Source: Acidimicrobiales bacterium (GTDB lineage: Bacteria; Actinomycetota; Acidimicrobiia; Acidimicrobiales; CATQHL01). Taken from it: a DNA stretch of 64,000 nucleotides. Of this stretch, positions 18,582-27,718 are shown piece by piece. Where the stretch lies: NCBI GenBank assembly GCA_965209115.1, contig CBDBQD010000001.1:843154-907153 (forward strand). Direction: 5' to 3'. Below the pieces are notes generated by a model. That model was not told the origin of the DNA. It saw only the letters and a program-made list of their open reading frames with translations, and did not search any database. The number at the start of each line of letters is the position of its first letter. Positions within the stretch are counted from its first letter, which is position 1. The position numbers and the translations under genes are program-made.

Positions 18582-19118
18582 CTAGAACCCGCTTCCTCTC
18601 ATCGAACCGGTCATTGACGTGTCGTAGAGATCGAAGAGCAGGCAGGCGAACTCGCGATCACCTGCCTCCCATGACTCAAGGGTGGGATAGAAGATGGCGA
18701 GTTCAAGGCGGGAGTACTCGTATTCCTGGCCCACATAGGGCTCAAAGTGCGGCAAGCACGCCTCAAAGCCCCAGTCCTCCCAGCCCCCAGAATCGTTCAG
18801 ATCCGAGTCGTTCGACAGATGGCGCAACACATCGCCCACACCCGGATAGAGGGCGTCGGGAGATGCGGGATAGTCGACCAATGCAAACACTTCATAGACG
18901 TGCGACTCATCGCACGGCACCTCGTCGACGTCGGAAAATATCACCTCAGAGGGTTCCAGCAAGCAATCACCGACGCGAACGTTGAACGCGGTCGCTGAAT
19001 CGTCGCCGCAACGGCCGACGCTGAAGGCAATGATGGCAACAACGGCCACCCCGACGGCGAGTGCTCTCACGCCCGCCACCGACCGGGGACCCACCCACGT
19101 CGTAGAGAGATTGAACAT
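18582..19118 (-). CDS. Membrane-anchored septum-formation-family protein
   Basis: 178 aa with an N-terminal TM helix (ALAVGVAVVAIIAF), then GDC...VPCDESHVYEVF... and a second Cys pair, as in the actinobacterial Septum_form domain. Confidence 0.55.
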   Translation of the reverse strand: MFNLSTTWVGPRSVAGVRALAVGVAVVAIIAFSVGRCGDDSATAFNVRVGDCLLEPSEVIFSDVDEVPCDESHVYEVFALVDYPASPDALYPGVGDVLRHLSNDSDLNDSGGWEDWGFEACLPHFEPYVGQEYEYSRLELAIFYPTLESWEAGDREFACLLFDLYDTSMTGSMRGSGF

Positions 19119-19338
19119 CCTCCATCATCACATCGCGGCCAGCGAAGAACGCCGATGCGCGAGCAGAGATGGCCGCAGTTCCCGCAGCGGCGGCCATGTC
19201 TATGAGGATCGACTCGGTGTTGCACTCTTCGACGCCCCACCTACTGTGTGCTGTGGCGGATGAATGAGTCGTCAAGTCGCCTTCGGCTGCACGCAAAGCT
19301 GAGAGCGACCACAACCACCATGCAGGCGAGCAGGCGGT

Positions 19339-20226
19339 TCACTGTCCTGCTGCTTCCATGATCTCGCGGCAGGTCGGCTGACCCAACCGCTCCCTGAACC
19401 GCTCCGAATCCTCAGCGATGCGCCGCAACAGATCGTTGTCGGACTCGAGATCGGCGATGATCGGGCGACAGAGCCGAACCGACCCCTCGATGTAATCCAG
19501 CACGTCCGGGTCGTTGCGGCACTCCGGCGGGATCGGCTCATCCGGCCAGTTCAGCATTGCTGGCAGGCACCCGAAGTCGATCTCGATGACGATCCGTGGC
19601 GGTTGCGGAATGTCCACTCCCAGTCCCGGCGGCTGAGCTGGCGGCTCGATTATCCCGCCGCCGGGGTCGGCCCACACCACCGTCGGCGCCACTGTGCCGC
19701 AGCGCCCGCAGAGACCCTGCCACGCAGCCGCCAAATCAGCAGAGGTTGGACGGTCGGGGACGCGGTTTAGGGCGCTGGTGAAGGTGGCCCGGTCGTCGGT
19801 GACCCAGCCCCACGAGTACCACTCGTCGTACAACTCGCCGAAGGTGCCGTGCGGGTCGCTGTAGTAGCCGGCGGGGGCGAGACGCCCGAGAAGGAGGACC
19901 TTCGCGGCGTCTGCGAACAACTCGCTGCGCAGTGCCACGTGGTAGGCGGTCATGTGCCGCACCGACGGCTGGTCCTCCAAGCGGTCGTCCGGCGTCGTGC
20001 CGTAGTCGTACGCGTGGGCGAGTTCGTGAATCAGCACGCCGAAACCGACGAGGGGATGGAACGGAGCCAGCCGTCTCTGGTCCAACACGATGCGCTTGTC
20101 GACGAGGAAATAGCAGCCTGCCGCCGCGTCGCCGGGACAGTCCCCGAGCGCCCAGCCGCCGGAGAGATTCAGCGCGGTGGCGATCCACGGGAAGTGCGGC
20201 TGCAACATCGCGACGGCGCTGTCCAT
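19339..20226 (-). CDS. Hypothetical protein with HExxH zinc-metalloprotease motif
   Basis: 295 aa with VLIHELAHAYDYG (HExxH) and a Cys-containing C-terminal region. No family recognised. Confidence 0.45.
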   Translation of the reverse strand: MDSAVAMLQPHFPWIATALNLSGGWALGDCPGDAAAGCYFLVDKRIVLDQRRLAPFHPLVGFGVLIHELAHAYDYGTTPDDRLEDQPSVRHMTAYHVALRSELFADAAKVLLLGRLAPAGYYSDPHGTFGELYDEWYSWGWVTDDRATFTSALNRVPDRPTSADLAAAWQGLCGRCGTVAPTVVWADPGGGIIEPPAQPPGLGVDIPQPPRIVIEIDFGCLPAMLNWPDEPIPPECRNDPDVLDYIEGSVRLCRPIIADLESDNDLLRRIAEDSERFRERLGQPTCREIMEAAGQ

Positions 20227-20447
20227 GTAAGCCCGGTACTCGCCCCACGTTGTCGGCCTGCCCGCCGGCGGCGCGAACCGAGTGCACCGGGCCGCCGAGC
20301 CGGATTCTGGACAACTGGCTGGGATTCATCTCGCGGTACACGCGCCGCTACGCCGTCGTCAGGGGCGTCAAACGGGAAGTCCTGCCGGAGTATCCGGAGC
20401 CCGTCCTGCGGGAGGCGCTCCCGAATGCGCTCGCCCACCGGGGTCAC

Positions 20448-20521
20448 CCCTGTCTGTGCGTATATTGGTACGCATTTGGAGGGTGCGTCAATTCATACGC
20501 AGCCTGTGACAGGATGCGGGC
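20448..20521. promoter_or_regulatory. AT-richer divergent control region with operator-like palindromes
   Basis: tgcgta-tattgg-tacgca and the related tgcgtc-aattc-atacgca lie within 50 nt, just upstream of the HTH gene. Confidence 0.3.
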
Positions 20522-20839
20522 GTGGGGCGTCGCGTCGATGTCGATGAACTCGTGGGCGCAGCCGAGATCGCTGCGCGGCTTGGCGTCAAGCGCCTCCAAG
20601 TCGTCCATGACTGGCGTCGGCGCCATGGCGAGTTCCCGCGGCCGGTCGTGACGGTCTCCCGGACGCTCGTCTGGCACTGGCCGGATGTGCAGCGATGGGC
20701 AGTCCGGACCGGACGCCTCGACAGCGACGGGAAGCCGAGTGTCACACGGATGAGGGACGATGGAAGACCTCGCGCCGACGGTCCCCCGAGAACATCTGAG
20801 GGGAGCATCGATGAGGACGATGAGTGCTGGATCGGTTGA
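20522..20839 (+). CDS. Small HTH DNA-binding protein (excisionase/AlpA-like; possible R-M controller)
   Basis: 105 aa. ELVGAAEIAARLGVKRLQVVHDWRRRHGEFPRPV...WHWPDVQRWA matches the Xis/HTH_17 pattern. Overlaps the methyltransferase start by 29 nt. Confidence 0.5.
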   Translation: MGRRVDVDELVGAAEIAARLGVKRLQVVHDWRRRHGEFPRPVVTVSRTLVWHWPDVQRWAVRTGRLDSDGKPSVTRMRDDGRPRADGPPRTSEGSIDEDDECWIG

Positions 20840-22898
20840 GCTGGCGAAGGACTTTGATGGCCTTCACCAGCTTCTCTACACGCGCGGAGGCATACGCCCT
20901 TCCAACGCCGCGGTCGAGGAACTGACGAAGCTGCTTCTGCTGAGGATCGCGGCCGAGCGCGTGCCGGCCGTCGCGGTGGAGGGCTTCGGCAGCCTCGCGG
21001 GCGTTCTGGACCGCGTTCGACTCGGCGGGGGCGACAGCGTCCGGTTGGCCAAGTCGGCCTTCCGGGTGGCGAACAGCCTGCCGTCGCTGGCTGCCTCGTT
21101 GCCTAGCGGTGAAGTACAGCCGGTATGGCCTTTGGACGAACCACTTCGGATCACGCGAGAGGATGTGCTCGCGGAGGCCGTGCGCATCCTGAGCGGCATC
21201 GAACTCGGGGCTGTCGGAGCGTACGACCCCGTGGGCACGGCGTTCGACGTCTTCCTGCGCGGCAGATACGAGCACGCGGGAGGCCTGGGGACCTACCTCA
21301 CCCCCGAGGGTGTTGTTGATCTCATGGTGGGGGTCGGTTTCGAGCTTCTTGCGGCTGCTGAGCACGAGGACGCCCCGTCGGCTCTGATGGGTGACCCGTG
21401 CTGCGGCAGTGGCCGCTTCCTCGTCGGCATGCTTCACGAGGCACGACGGCGCGGGCTCGACGAGCGTTGGCTCGAGAGCGGTAGCCCTCTGTTCGGTGCA
21501 GACCAATCTGCATCATCGGTGGCTATGGCGCGGGTGAACCTGATGGCGGCAGGGCTCCGTACTCCGAGGGTCTTTGTGGTGGGCGACTCGATCACGGATC
21601 AGCACGTTTCGAAGCGATCCGGCAGGTTCTCCTTGATCTTGACCAATCCCCCGTTCGGGGACAAGAAGTACGACTCCGCAGAAGGAATCGAGCGCGCAGC
21701 GATCTACCTTCCAAGCCTGGCGGGGTCCCCGCGGGTAGACCCGGCACTCGCCTTCGTAGCCCGCTGTATCGAGCTTCTCGCGCCGGGTGGTGTGGCGGGG
21801 ATCATTCTGCCCGACGGTGTGGGTGACGGCCGAGCGATGCGGGAACTTCTCCTGGATAGGTCGCGGCCGGACTTGCCGCTGGGCGTGGAAGGGGTGATCA
21901 GCCTTCCTTCAGCCACATTCGCCCCCGCCGGGACCACTGCGAAGACCAGCGTGACCTTTCTCCGCAAGGCCGCTGCTGAGCAGAAGAAGTATGTGTTTCT
22001 CGCGCGAGCCGATCACGTTGGGTTTGTCATGAGCAAGGGCTCGCCGGCTCGCGATCCACACGGGGACGATCTTCCCGGGATCACTGCCGAGATCAGACGA
22101 TTCATAGCCGGCCCGATTTCTTGGCAACCGTCTGAGCGAGTCGCCAAGAGGCGGTTCGCCGAGTTGAGCAGCCTCGATGCCTCGACTCTCGACGAGGGGG
22201 CGGAGGCGGCTCGTGCCGAGCTCAAGGACGCGGGGGGATTCGAAGCGCGGACAATCCTTCACTTCAACGGAAAGCGTCGCGCGCGCATTGCTGGCGGCCT
22301 ACCGTTCGTGTCGGTCCTACACGTGGACGAGCTTGGCGCAGTCGAGTGGGATCTCGCGTGGACGCACCGGCCAGTTACCCCAGGCCAACTAGCAGAGCCC
22401 GGAGAGTTGCTCGTCTCGTTGCTTAATCCGCGCAAGTTCAGGGCAGCAGTCGTTCCAGCTGAGGTTGGGCAAGTCCAGTGCTCTGCGGAGTTTGGGGTGT
22501 TCCGGCCAGATCTTGATCCCTACGCGGCGCTGGTACTGCTCCAGCACCCGCTTGTCCATCGACAGATCGCACCGCTGGGCCGAGGTACATCGAGTTCACG
22601 CCGCCGAATCGATGCCGAGGACGTGCTTTCTCTCATGCTCCCGCCATTCGACGACTCATGGGTTTCACGAGCAGGGGAGGCTGCGCAGGATCACTTCGAG
22701 CACATGGCGAGTGCGAGAAGAGGCTTACGTGATCTCTACGTCGACCTGTTGGGGACGGATTCCCCGCTGCGAGTGCGTCGGCCGCAAGGACTGGGGGACA
22801 AGGCTCCAAAGCCTCGCCGACTCTCCCCGAGCCCCACCGGCAGCTACGGCACCGAGCAGTTGCCTGGATGCGGATCCCAGTGCTCGACCTCGAGATAG
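20811..22898 (+). CDS. N6-adenine DNA methyltransferase with fused specificity (TRD) domain
   Basis: AdoMet motif I GDPCCGSGRFLV and motif IV LTNPPFG. The C-terminal ~300 aa resembles HsdS-type target recognition (GELLVSLLNPRKFRAAVV...CSAEFGVFRP). ATG 20811 is preceded by gaggggag. The track ORF starts at 20760. Confidence 0.85.
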   Translation: MRTMSAGSVELAKDFDGLHQLLYTRGGIRPSNAAVEELTKLLLLRIAAERVPAVAVEGFGSLAGVLDRVRLGGGDSVRLAKSAFRVANSLPSLAASLPSGEVQPVWPLDEPLRITREDVLAEAVRILSGIELGAVGAYDPVGTAFDVFLRGRYEHAGGLGTYLTPEGVVDLMVGVGFELLAAAEHEDAPSALMGDPCCGSGRFLVGMLHEARRRGLDERWLESGSPLFGADQSASSVAMARVNLMAAGLRTPRVFVVGDSITDQHVSKRSGRFSLILTNPPFGDKKYDSAEGIERAAIYLPSLAGSPRVDPALAFVARCIELLAPGGVAGIILPDGVGDGRAMRELLLDRSRPDLPLGVEGVISLPSATFAPAGTTAKTSVTFLRKAAAEQKKYVFLARADHVGFVMSKGSPARDPHGDDLPGITAEIRRFIAGPISWQPSERVAKRRFAELSSLDASTLDEGAEAARAELKDAGGFEARTILHFNGKRRARIAGGLPFVSVLHVDELGAVEWDLAWTHRPVTPGQLAEPGELLVSLLNPRKFRAAVVPAEVGQVQCSAEFGVFRPDLDPYAALVLLQHPLVHRQIAPLGRGTSSSRRRIDAEDVLSLMLPPFDDSWVSRAGEAAQDHFEHMASARRGLRDLYVDLLGTDSPLRVRRPQGLGDKAPKPRRLSPSPTGSYGTEQLPGCGSQCSTSR

Positions 22899-23495
22899 TC
22901 GACGCCCTCGATGTCCAGTTGGATCGCGCGGAACGCGAGAGGGAGAGCGACATTGCCACTCTGGTTCGTCGCGACGTCGGAGTCGGACCAGCACGGTGGA
23001 TGGAGTTGGAAGTTTCCCGATGACGGCTTCGCCGCCCACGTCGTGACTGTGTTACAGAAGATCACGTCCGTCGAGGGCTCGACGATCCACACACGAACTC
23101 GCACCGGGAAGTCCTCGCCCTTCTCCAGGGTGTCGAACAGTCCGAAGTAGATCGCAGGGTTCTTGAGATATGTCGTGACCGCCTCTGGAGTGTCCAGCTT
23201 GTTGTTCCAGCGCGGCTTGTCAACACCACCAAGCGTGCTCGATCTTGATCTCGGAACCGTCGGTGAGGTCTGCCCCTTTCCCCCGGCTGCCCCGACCACG
23301 GCCCGGCTTGCCGGAGACCAGGCTCACGAGGTGCTGGCCGAGGTAGCCAGAGTCGATTTGAGCTGACTGACCGGTGATGTGCTGCCAGCGCACCAACTGG
23401 CGGTACTGGCCGATCACGGCGTCCTCGATGAAGGACTTCGCGAGTCCGCGACGGACGTGCTCGCCGAGCTCTCCTACGGACGGCTCGGGGCCCAC
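22844..23495 (-). pseudogene. Type II restriction endonuclease (PD-(D/E)xK), split by a frameshift near 23240-23246
   Basis: Track ORFs 23220-23495 (...GKGADLTDGSEIKIEHAWWC*) and 22844-23299 (...SSTLGGVDKPRWNN...) are consecutive in different frames. Joined they read D-L-x3-S-E-I-K-S, a PD-ExK-like core, about 216 aa in total. Convergent with, and overlapping, the methyltransferase 3' end by 55 nt. Confidence 0.5.
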
Positions 23496-23662
23496 GGATC
23501 GAATCTACGCCGCCTGTGCTCCATTCATGTCAAACCGGTGTCAAACGAACCGAGCGAGACACGATGGACAGGCAGCTACGAGACCGGACGAGATCGCTGG
23601 TAACCCGTGCAGACTCTGGTTCACTCGGCTCGGCCGACAGCTACTCGGACGGACGTTTCTAA

Positions 23663-23706
23663 CTCATAACCCGAAGGTCGGAGGTTCAAATCCTCCCCCC
23701 GCCACT
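23663..23706 (+). repeat. attR-like direct repeat (orphan 3' half of tRNA-Met)
   Basis: Identical 44 nt to 17249-17292. The upstream sequence (ggacgtttctaa) is unrelated to the tRNA 5' half. Confidence 0.85.
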
Positions 23707-23827
23707 GAGAAATTCCAGGTCAGAGCGTTGCTCCGGCCTGGGATTCGCTGTTGTGGGTCAGACCGGGTGCAATCTGGGCTGCCGACAGGCTGCCGACACC
23801 GGTGCGGGGCGGGTTGGGGTTGACCTG

Positions 23828-24511
23828 TTACAGCAGGTCCGGAAGTTCGGGGCCTTGCACGACAGAGCGGACGATTGCTGGGTGGCGTTCGGTGAAGAAT
23901 CCGACGACGCGATCACGAACGTCCTCGCCGACCACGCCCTGGAGGATGGGGTCGTCGAGGACATCGTCGAAATAGCCGAATCCTGCGACGAGTGCGTGAA
24001 CCGAGCCGTGGTTGACGGAGAGCCCGTACTTCTGCAGGTACAGCGTGAATCCTTCCTCGACGCTGATCCCGGCAAGTTGTTCGAGTGACATGACGTCGAA
24101 GTAGTCGCGTAGCAGATGGCGGGAGCTGATGGCGCGGAACTTTGTCGCCATGATGTCCTGCAACGACCCGACGGGGAGGCCGGCGATAGGCGTGGGAGGC
24201 CGTAGTGTCGCCGCGTCGGCGCCCCAGAGAATGTCGATCTTGACGTCGTTGAAGGTGCCGTGGAGGTGTCCTTGGGACTTGCGGGCGAGGTGGAAGTCGC
24301 CCTGCGCGGCGAGCGCGGCGTGCAGCGGGTCCGGATCGAAGACGTGGGGGGTGAACAAGTCGAGGTCCTCGCTGCGGCGATGCCGCAGCTGCATCGCCAA
24401 GGCGGTCCCGCCCATCAGAACAGTCCCGGCGGGGACTATTTCTGCGACGGTGGGCCAGGCTGCGCGAGTTGCCGGCCCGAGGACCTCGGCGTACTCAGAC
24501 AGCGAGCCCAC
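23828..24511 (-). CDS. Nucleotidyltransferase AbiEii/AbiGii-family toxin
   Basis: 227 aa. LMGGTALAMQLRHRRSEDLDLF nucleotidyltransferase motif and DUF1814-like body. Confidence 0.8.
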   Translation of the reverse strand: MGSLSEYAEVLGPATRAAWPTVAEIVPAGTVLMGGTALAMQLRHRRSEDLDLFTPHVFDPDPLHAALAAQGDFHLARKSQGHLHGTFNDVKIDILWGADAATLRPPTPIAGLPVGSLQDIMATKFRAISSRHLLRDYFDVMSLEQLAGISVEEGFTLYLQKYGLSVNHGSVHALVAGFGYFDDVLDDPILQGVVGEDVRDRVVGFFTERHPAIVRSVVQGPELPDLL

Positions 24512-25091
24512 TGGGCTCTCCGAGCGCGTTCCGGATCATGGCCTTGACCGGCGCCGGGATGCCCTCCTTGTCGGCGACGCGATCGAGAGCCTCCGCCGGC
24601 AACGTCTCCAGCGCCCACGCCCACGCGTCGATGTCGTGGTAGGTGAGAAGGTGCTCGGCGACGAACGCCGCGTCGCGGGGCAGTTCGATCAGCGCCGGAT
24701 CGCCCCACCAGAACAGCTTCGCGAAACGCTCCGGCAACCGCTCCGGCATCGGCGCGGGCGGGAACTCGGGGAGCTCCACGGTTCGCGCCGCGTCAGCGAC
24801 GCTGAACCAGGCGTCCCCGGCGACCAGACGCCAGACGGCCCGGTCCGGCGCTGCGCCCGGTGGCACACCCGTCTCGGTGTCGGTTGTCACGAGCCCGCGA
24901 TCTTCAAGATCACCGAGCGCGGAGGCCACGTCGGTTGGCGCCAGGCCAGTGACGAACGCAACAGCGCTCACCCCTCGGAGGCCCCGAGGGCGGCGCGACA
25001 GGGCCGCCAGGACGCACATCTCGGCGGGCGACAGACAAGGCGCAGACCGCGCAGCGAGGCTGGCATCATCCGGCCGCGTCACGGTGGTCAC
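24495..25091 (-). CDS. AbiEi-like antitoxin / winged-helix regulator
   Basis: 198 aa, directly upstream of and overlapping the AbiEii gene by 17 nt. The N-terminal wHTH-like segment is LSPAEMCVLAALSRRP...DLEDRGLV. Confidence 0.6.
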   Translation of the reverse strand: MTTVTRPDDASLAARSAPCLSPAEMCVLAALSRRPRGLRGVSAVAFVTGLAPTDVASALGDLEDRGLVTTDTETGVPPGAAPDRAVWRLVAGDAWFSVADAARTVELPEFPPAPMPERLPERFAKLFWWGDPALIELPRDAAFVAEHLLTYHDIDAWAWALETLPAEALDRVADKEGIPAPVKAMIRNALGEPSGLAV

Positions 25092-25408
25092 AGCCCCAAT
25101 TCTACTGGCCGCATCGAGCCCGTCGTCCTGCCCCGGAGGCTCCCTGGGCGCCGCCTGAACCTCACTGGGTTGCGCCGCGGAATTTCCGGCGCTGCGCTCG
25201 GCGTGAGCGCGAACTAGATGATCAGCGGCAGTCGCGGATCGGGGTGTTCGCCCCGTCCCGAGGCGGCCCGGATGAAGGTGAGGTCGTCGCCGAGGTCGGC
25301 CGGTCGGCCGGCCACGGTCCTGCGAGCCAGGAGTTCGTCCAGGATCGCGGCGGTGACCGCAGTCCCCGCCGGCGTGGCGATGGGGTCCCGCGGTGCGTTG
25401 CGACGGTC

Positions 25409-26740
25409 CTAGCGGGAGGGTCTCGTCGGCCCGGTGGGGGTGAACTCGGCGGGCAGGTGCTTGATGCCGTGGATGAAGGACGATGCGAGCAGGTCCGGCT
25501 CGCCGGTGGCGCGGATGTCGCCGATGCGGCTGAACAGCTCCCGGAACATCACCTTGATCTCGCGGCGGGCGAGGTGTGCGCCGAGGCAGTAGTGCGGGCC
25601 GGGCCCGCCGAAGCCGACGTGGGGGTTCGGGTCCCGCCGCACATCGAAGCTGAGCGGGTCGTCGAAGGTGGACTCATCTCGGTTGGCGCAGAGGTAGTGC
25701 ATGACCACTTGGTCGCCCTCGTCGATCCTCTGGCCCTCCAGTTCGGTGTCGCACAGCGCGGTGCGGCGCATGTAGGTGACCGGGCTGGCGATCCGGACGA
25801 TCTCCTCGACGGCGCTGCCGGCCACACCGTCGAAGTCCTCGGTCCAGATGCGGCGCTGGTCGGGTTGGTCGGTGAGGTACACCAGAGCCCAGCTGATGGC
25901 GTTGCGGGTGGTCTCGTTGCCCGCCACCACCAGCAGGATGAAGAAGCTGGCGAGTTCGGCGCGGGTGAGCCGCTCGCCGTCCACCTCGGCGTTGACCAGA
26001 ATGCTGGTCAGGTCGCCGCTGTCCACCCCCACCTTGGACTCCGCCACCTCGTCCATCAGCTGGGTCAAGGCCTCGCCGGCGGTGAGGATGGCCGTGATGA
26101 GATCGCCGAAGTCGGGCACGTACTCGGGGTCGCCCCCGCCCAGGATCACGTTGGACTGGTCGAACACGAAGTCGTGCTGGGAGGCGGGGATCCCCATCAG
26201 GTCGCAGACGATGCGCAGCGGCAGCCGGGCCGCCACGTCGGTGACGAAGTCGCACTCGCCCCGCTCGCACACCTCGTCCACGATCAGCCTGGCCTGGTCC
26301 TGCACGGAGTCCTCGAGGCGGGCCAGCATCCGCGGCGTGAAGCCCGCCGACACGAGCCTCCTCAGCCGGGCGTGGCGGGGGTCGTCCATGGCGATGATCG
26401 AGTTGAAGTACTCGTTGAACTCCGGCGGGAAGTCGTTGATGGTGACTCCGGACGCCGAGGAGTAGATCAGCGGGTTGCGTGACACCTCGAGGATGGGCGC
26501 CGGCCGACTGACGACCCAGGCGCCGGGCACCCGGATGCTCTCCAGATCGCCGTAGAACTTGAACCCCGGGAAGAAGGTGAGCGGCTGGGCGCGCAGTTGC
26601 CTCAGGTCCTCCTCCACCTCGCTGCGATGCCGCTTCCAGAACACGTTGTGGATCGGGTTGCGCGGGTCCCCCTCGGTCGCCGGCGGGGGCTTGGCGGAAG
26701 CGCGGGGCGTGGTCGACGAGTCAGGTGCGACCGCGGTCAT
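25409..26740 (-). CDS. Cytochrome P450
   Basis: 443 aa. Heme-thiolate loop FGGPGPHYCLGAHLA, ExxR (ESTFDDP context) and I-helix AGNETT. Confidence 0.9.
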   Translation of the reverse strand: MTAVAPDSSTTPRASAKPPPATEGDPRNPIHNVFWKRHRSEVEEDLRQLRAQPLTFFPGFKFYGDLESIRVPGAWVVSRPAPILEVSRNPLIYSSASGVTINDFPPEFNEYFNSIIAMDDPRHARLRRLVSAGFTPRMLARLEDSVQDQARLIVDEVCERGECDFVTDVAARLPLRIVCDLMGIPASQHDFVFDQSNVILGGGDPEYVPDFGDLITAILTAGEALTQLMDEVAESKVGVDSGDLTSILVNAEVDGERLTRAELASFFILLVVAGNETTRNAISWALVYLTDQPDQRRIWTEDFDGVAGSAVEEIVRIASPVTYMRRTALCDTELEGQRIDEGDQVVMHYLCANRDESTFDDPLSFDVRRDPNPHVGFGGPGPHYCLGAHLARREIKVMFRELFSRIGDIRATGEPDLLASSFIHGIKHLPAEFTPTGPTRPSR

Positions 26741-26838
26741 GGAACCAGGTCCTGGTCAGCCGGCGGCGTGACACGAACTTCACTGTAGTGACCGGCAGGG
26801 TGGCGAGCCTGCGCCGGGGCCGAACCTACGATGGTGCT

Positions 26839-27684
26839 GTGTCCGTGTCTGTCGACGAGAGGGTCCAGCCGGCCCTCCATGCGCTCCTGTCCGATGACGT
26901 CGACGGGCTGCGGGCGGCTCTGAGAGCCGATCCGGAGGTCGTGCACCTCAGGGTCGGGGACAACACGCTGCTGGAGCTGACCACGCAACCCGACGTGGGA
27001 CACCCGTCCTCGGAGATCATCGACGTGCTGATCGGCGCCGGCGCGGCACTGGATCGGGCCCTGAACCTGGCCGGATGCTGGAACCTCCCCGACATGTGCG
27101 CGCAACTCCTCGCCGCCGGCGCCGATCCGGCGGCGCGCGCCGACGCCGGCATCACGCCCCTGGAGTCGGCGGCCATGCACAGTTCCGCCGAAGCCGCCGA
27201 CGTGCTCGTGAGGCACGGGCTGCATCGGCAGACCCTGTGGCTCGCCGCGGCCAGCGGCCTGCTGCGGTGGGTGCAGGGCTGGGTCGCCGGTGACGGAACG
27301 CTGCGGGCCGGCCCGGGGCCGTACCGCCCGGACTGGGCTGCCGTCGGCCGTGCGGCCGGTGCCCGACCCCGGGACGACCCGGACCAGATCGTCGGAGAGG
27401 CCTTCGTGTTCGCCGCGCTCAACAACCGCCACACGGTCGTCGACTACCTCCTCGGCGCCGGTGTCGACGTCGATGCGCGCCCCTACCGCAACACCACTGC
27501 TCTGCACTTCGCCATCCAGTTCCGGCGATCCGACATGGTCCGCCGCCTCCTCGACGGCGGCGCGTCGGTCACCATCGAGGACGGCACCTACCGCTCGAAC
27601 GCCGCCGGGTGGGCCCAGGCATGCGACGACGGCAGCCGTGAGGCGACCACCATCCGCTGGCTTGTCCGCGCCGCGCATCACTGA
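26839..27684 (+). CDS. Ankyrin-repeat protein
   Basis: ANK-like repeats (TPLESAAMHSSAEAADVLVRHG; TALHFAIQFRRSDMVRRLLDGGASV). The track ORF starts at 26725 and overlaps the divergent P450 start, so I use the in-frame GTG 26839. Confidence 0.6.
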   Translation: MSVSVDERVQPALHALLSDDVDGLRAALRADPEVVHLRVGDNTLLELTTQPDVGHPSSEIIDVLIGAGAALDRALNLAGCWNLPDMCAQLLAAGADPAARADAGITPLESAAMHSSAEAADVLVRHGLHRQTLWLAAASGLLRWVQGWVAGDGTLRAGPGPYRPDWAAVGRAAGARPRDDPDQIVGEAFVFAALNNRHTVVDYLLGAGVDVDARPYRNTTALHFAIQFRRSDMVRRLLDGGASVTIEDGTYRSNAAGWAQACDDGSREATTIRWLVRAAHH

Positions 27685-27718
27685 CCACTGACTGACGCCC
27701 CGGTTCGGGCGACTCGAG

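Noticed and set aside
17293-23662. Integrase or recombinase gene inside the tRNA island
   Set aside because: I read all listed ORFs and unlisted short frames and found no tyrosine-recombinase (R..HxxR..Y) or serine-recombinase pattern. The absence is reported as a finding rather than forcing a call. An HMM search is needed to confirm it.
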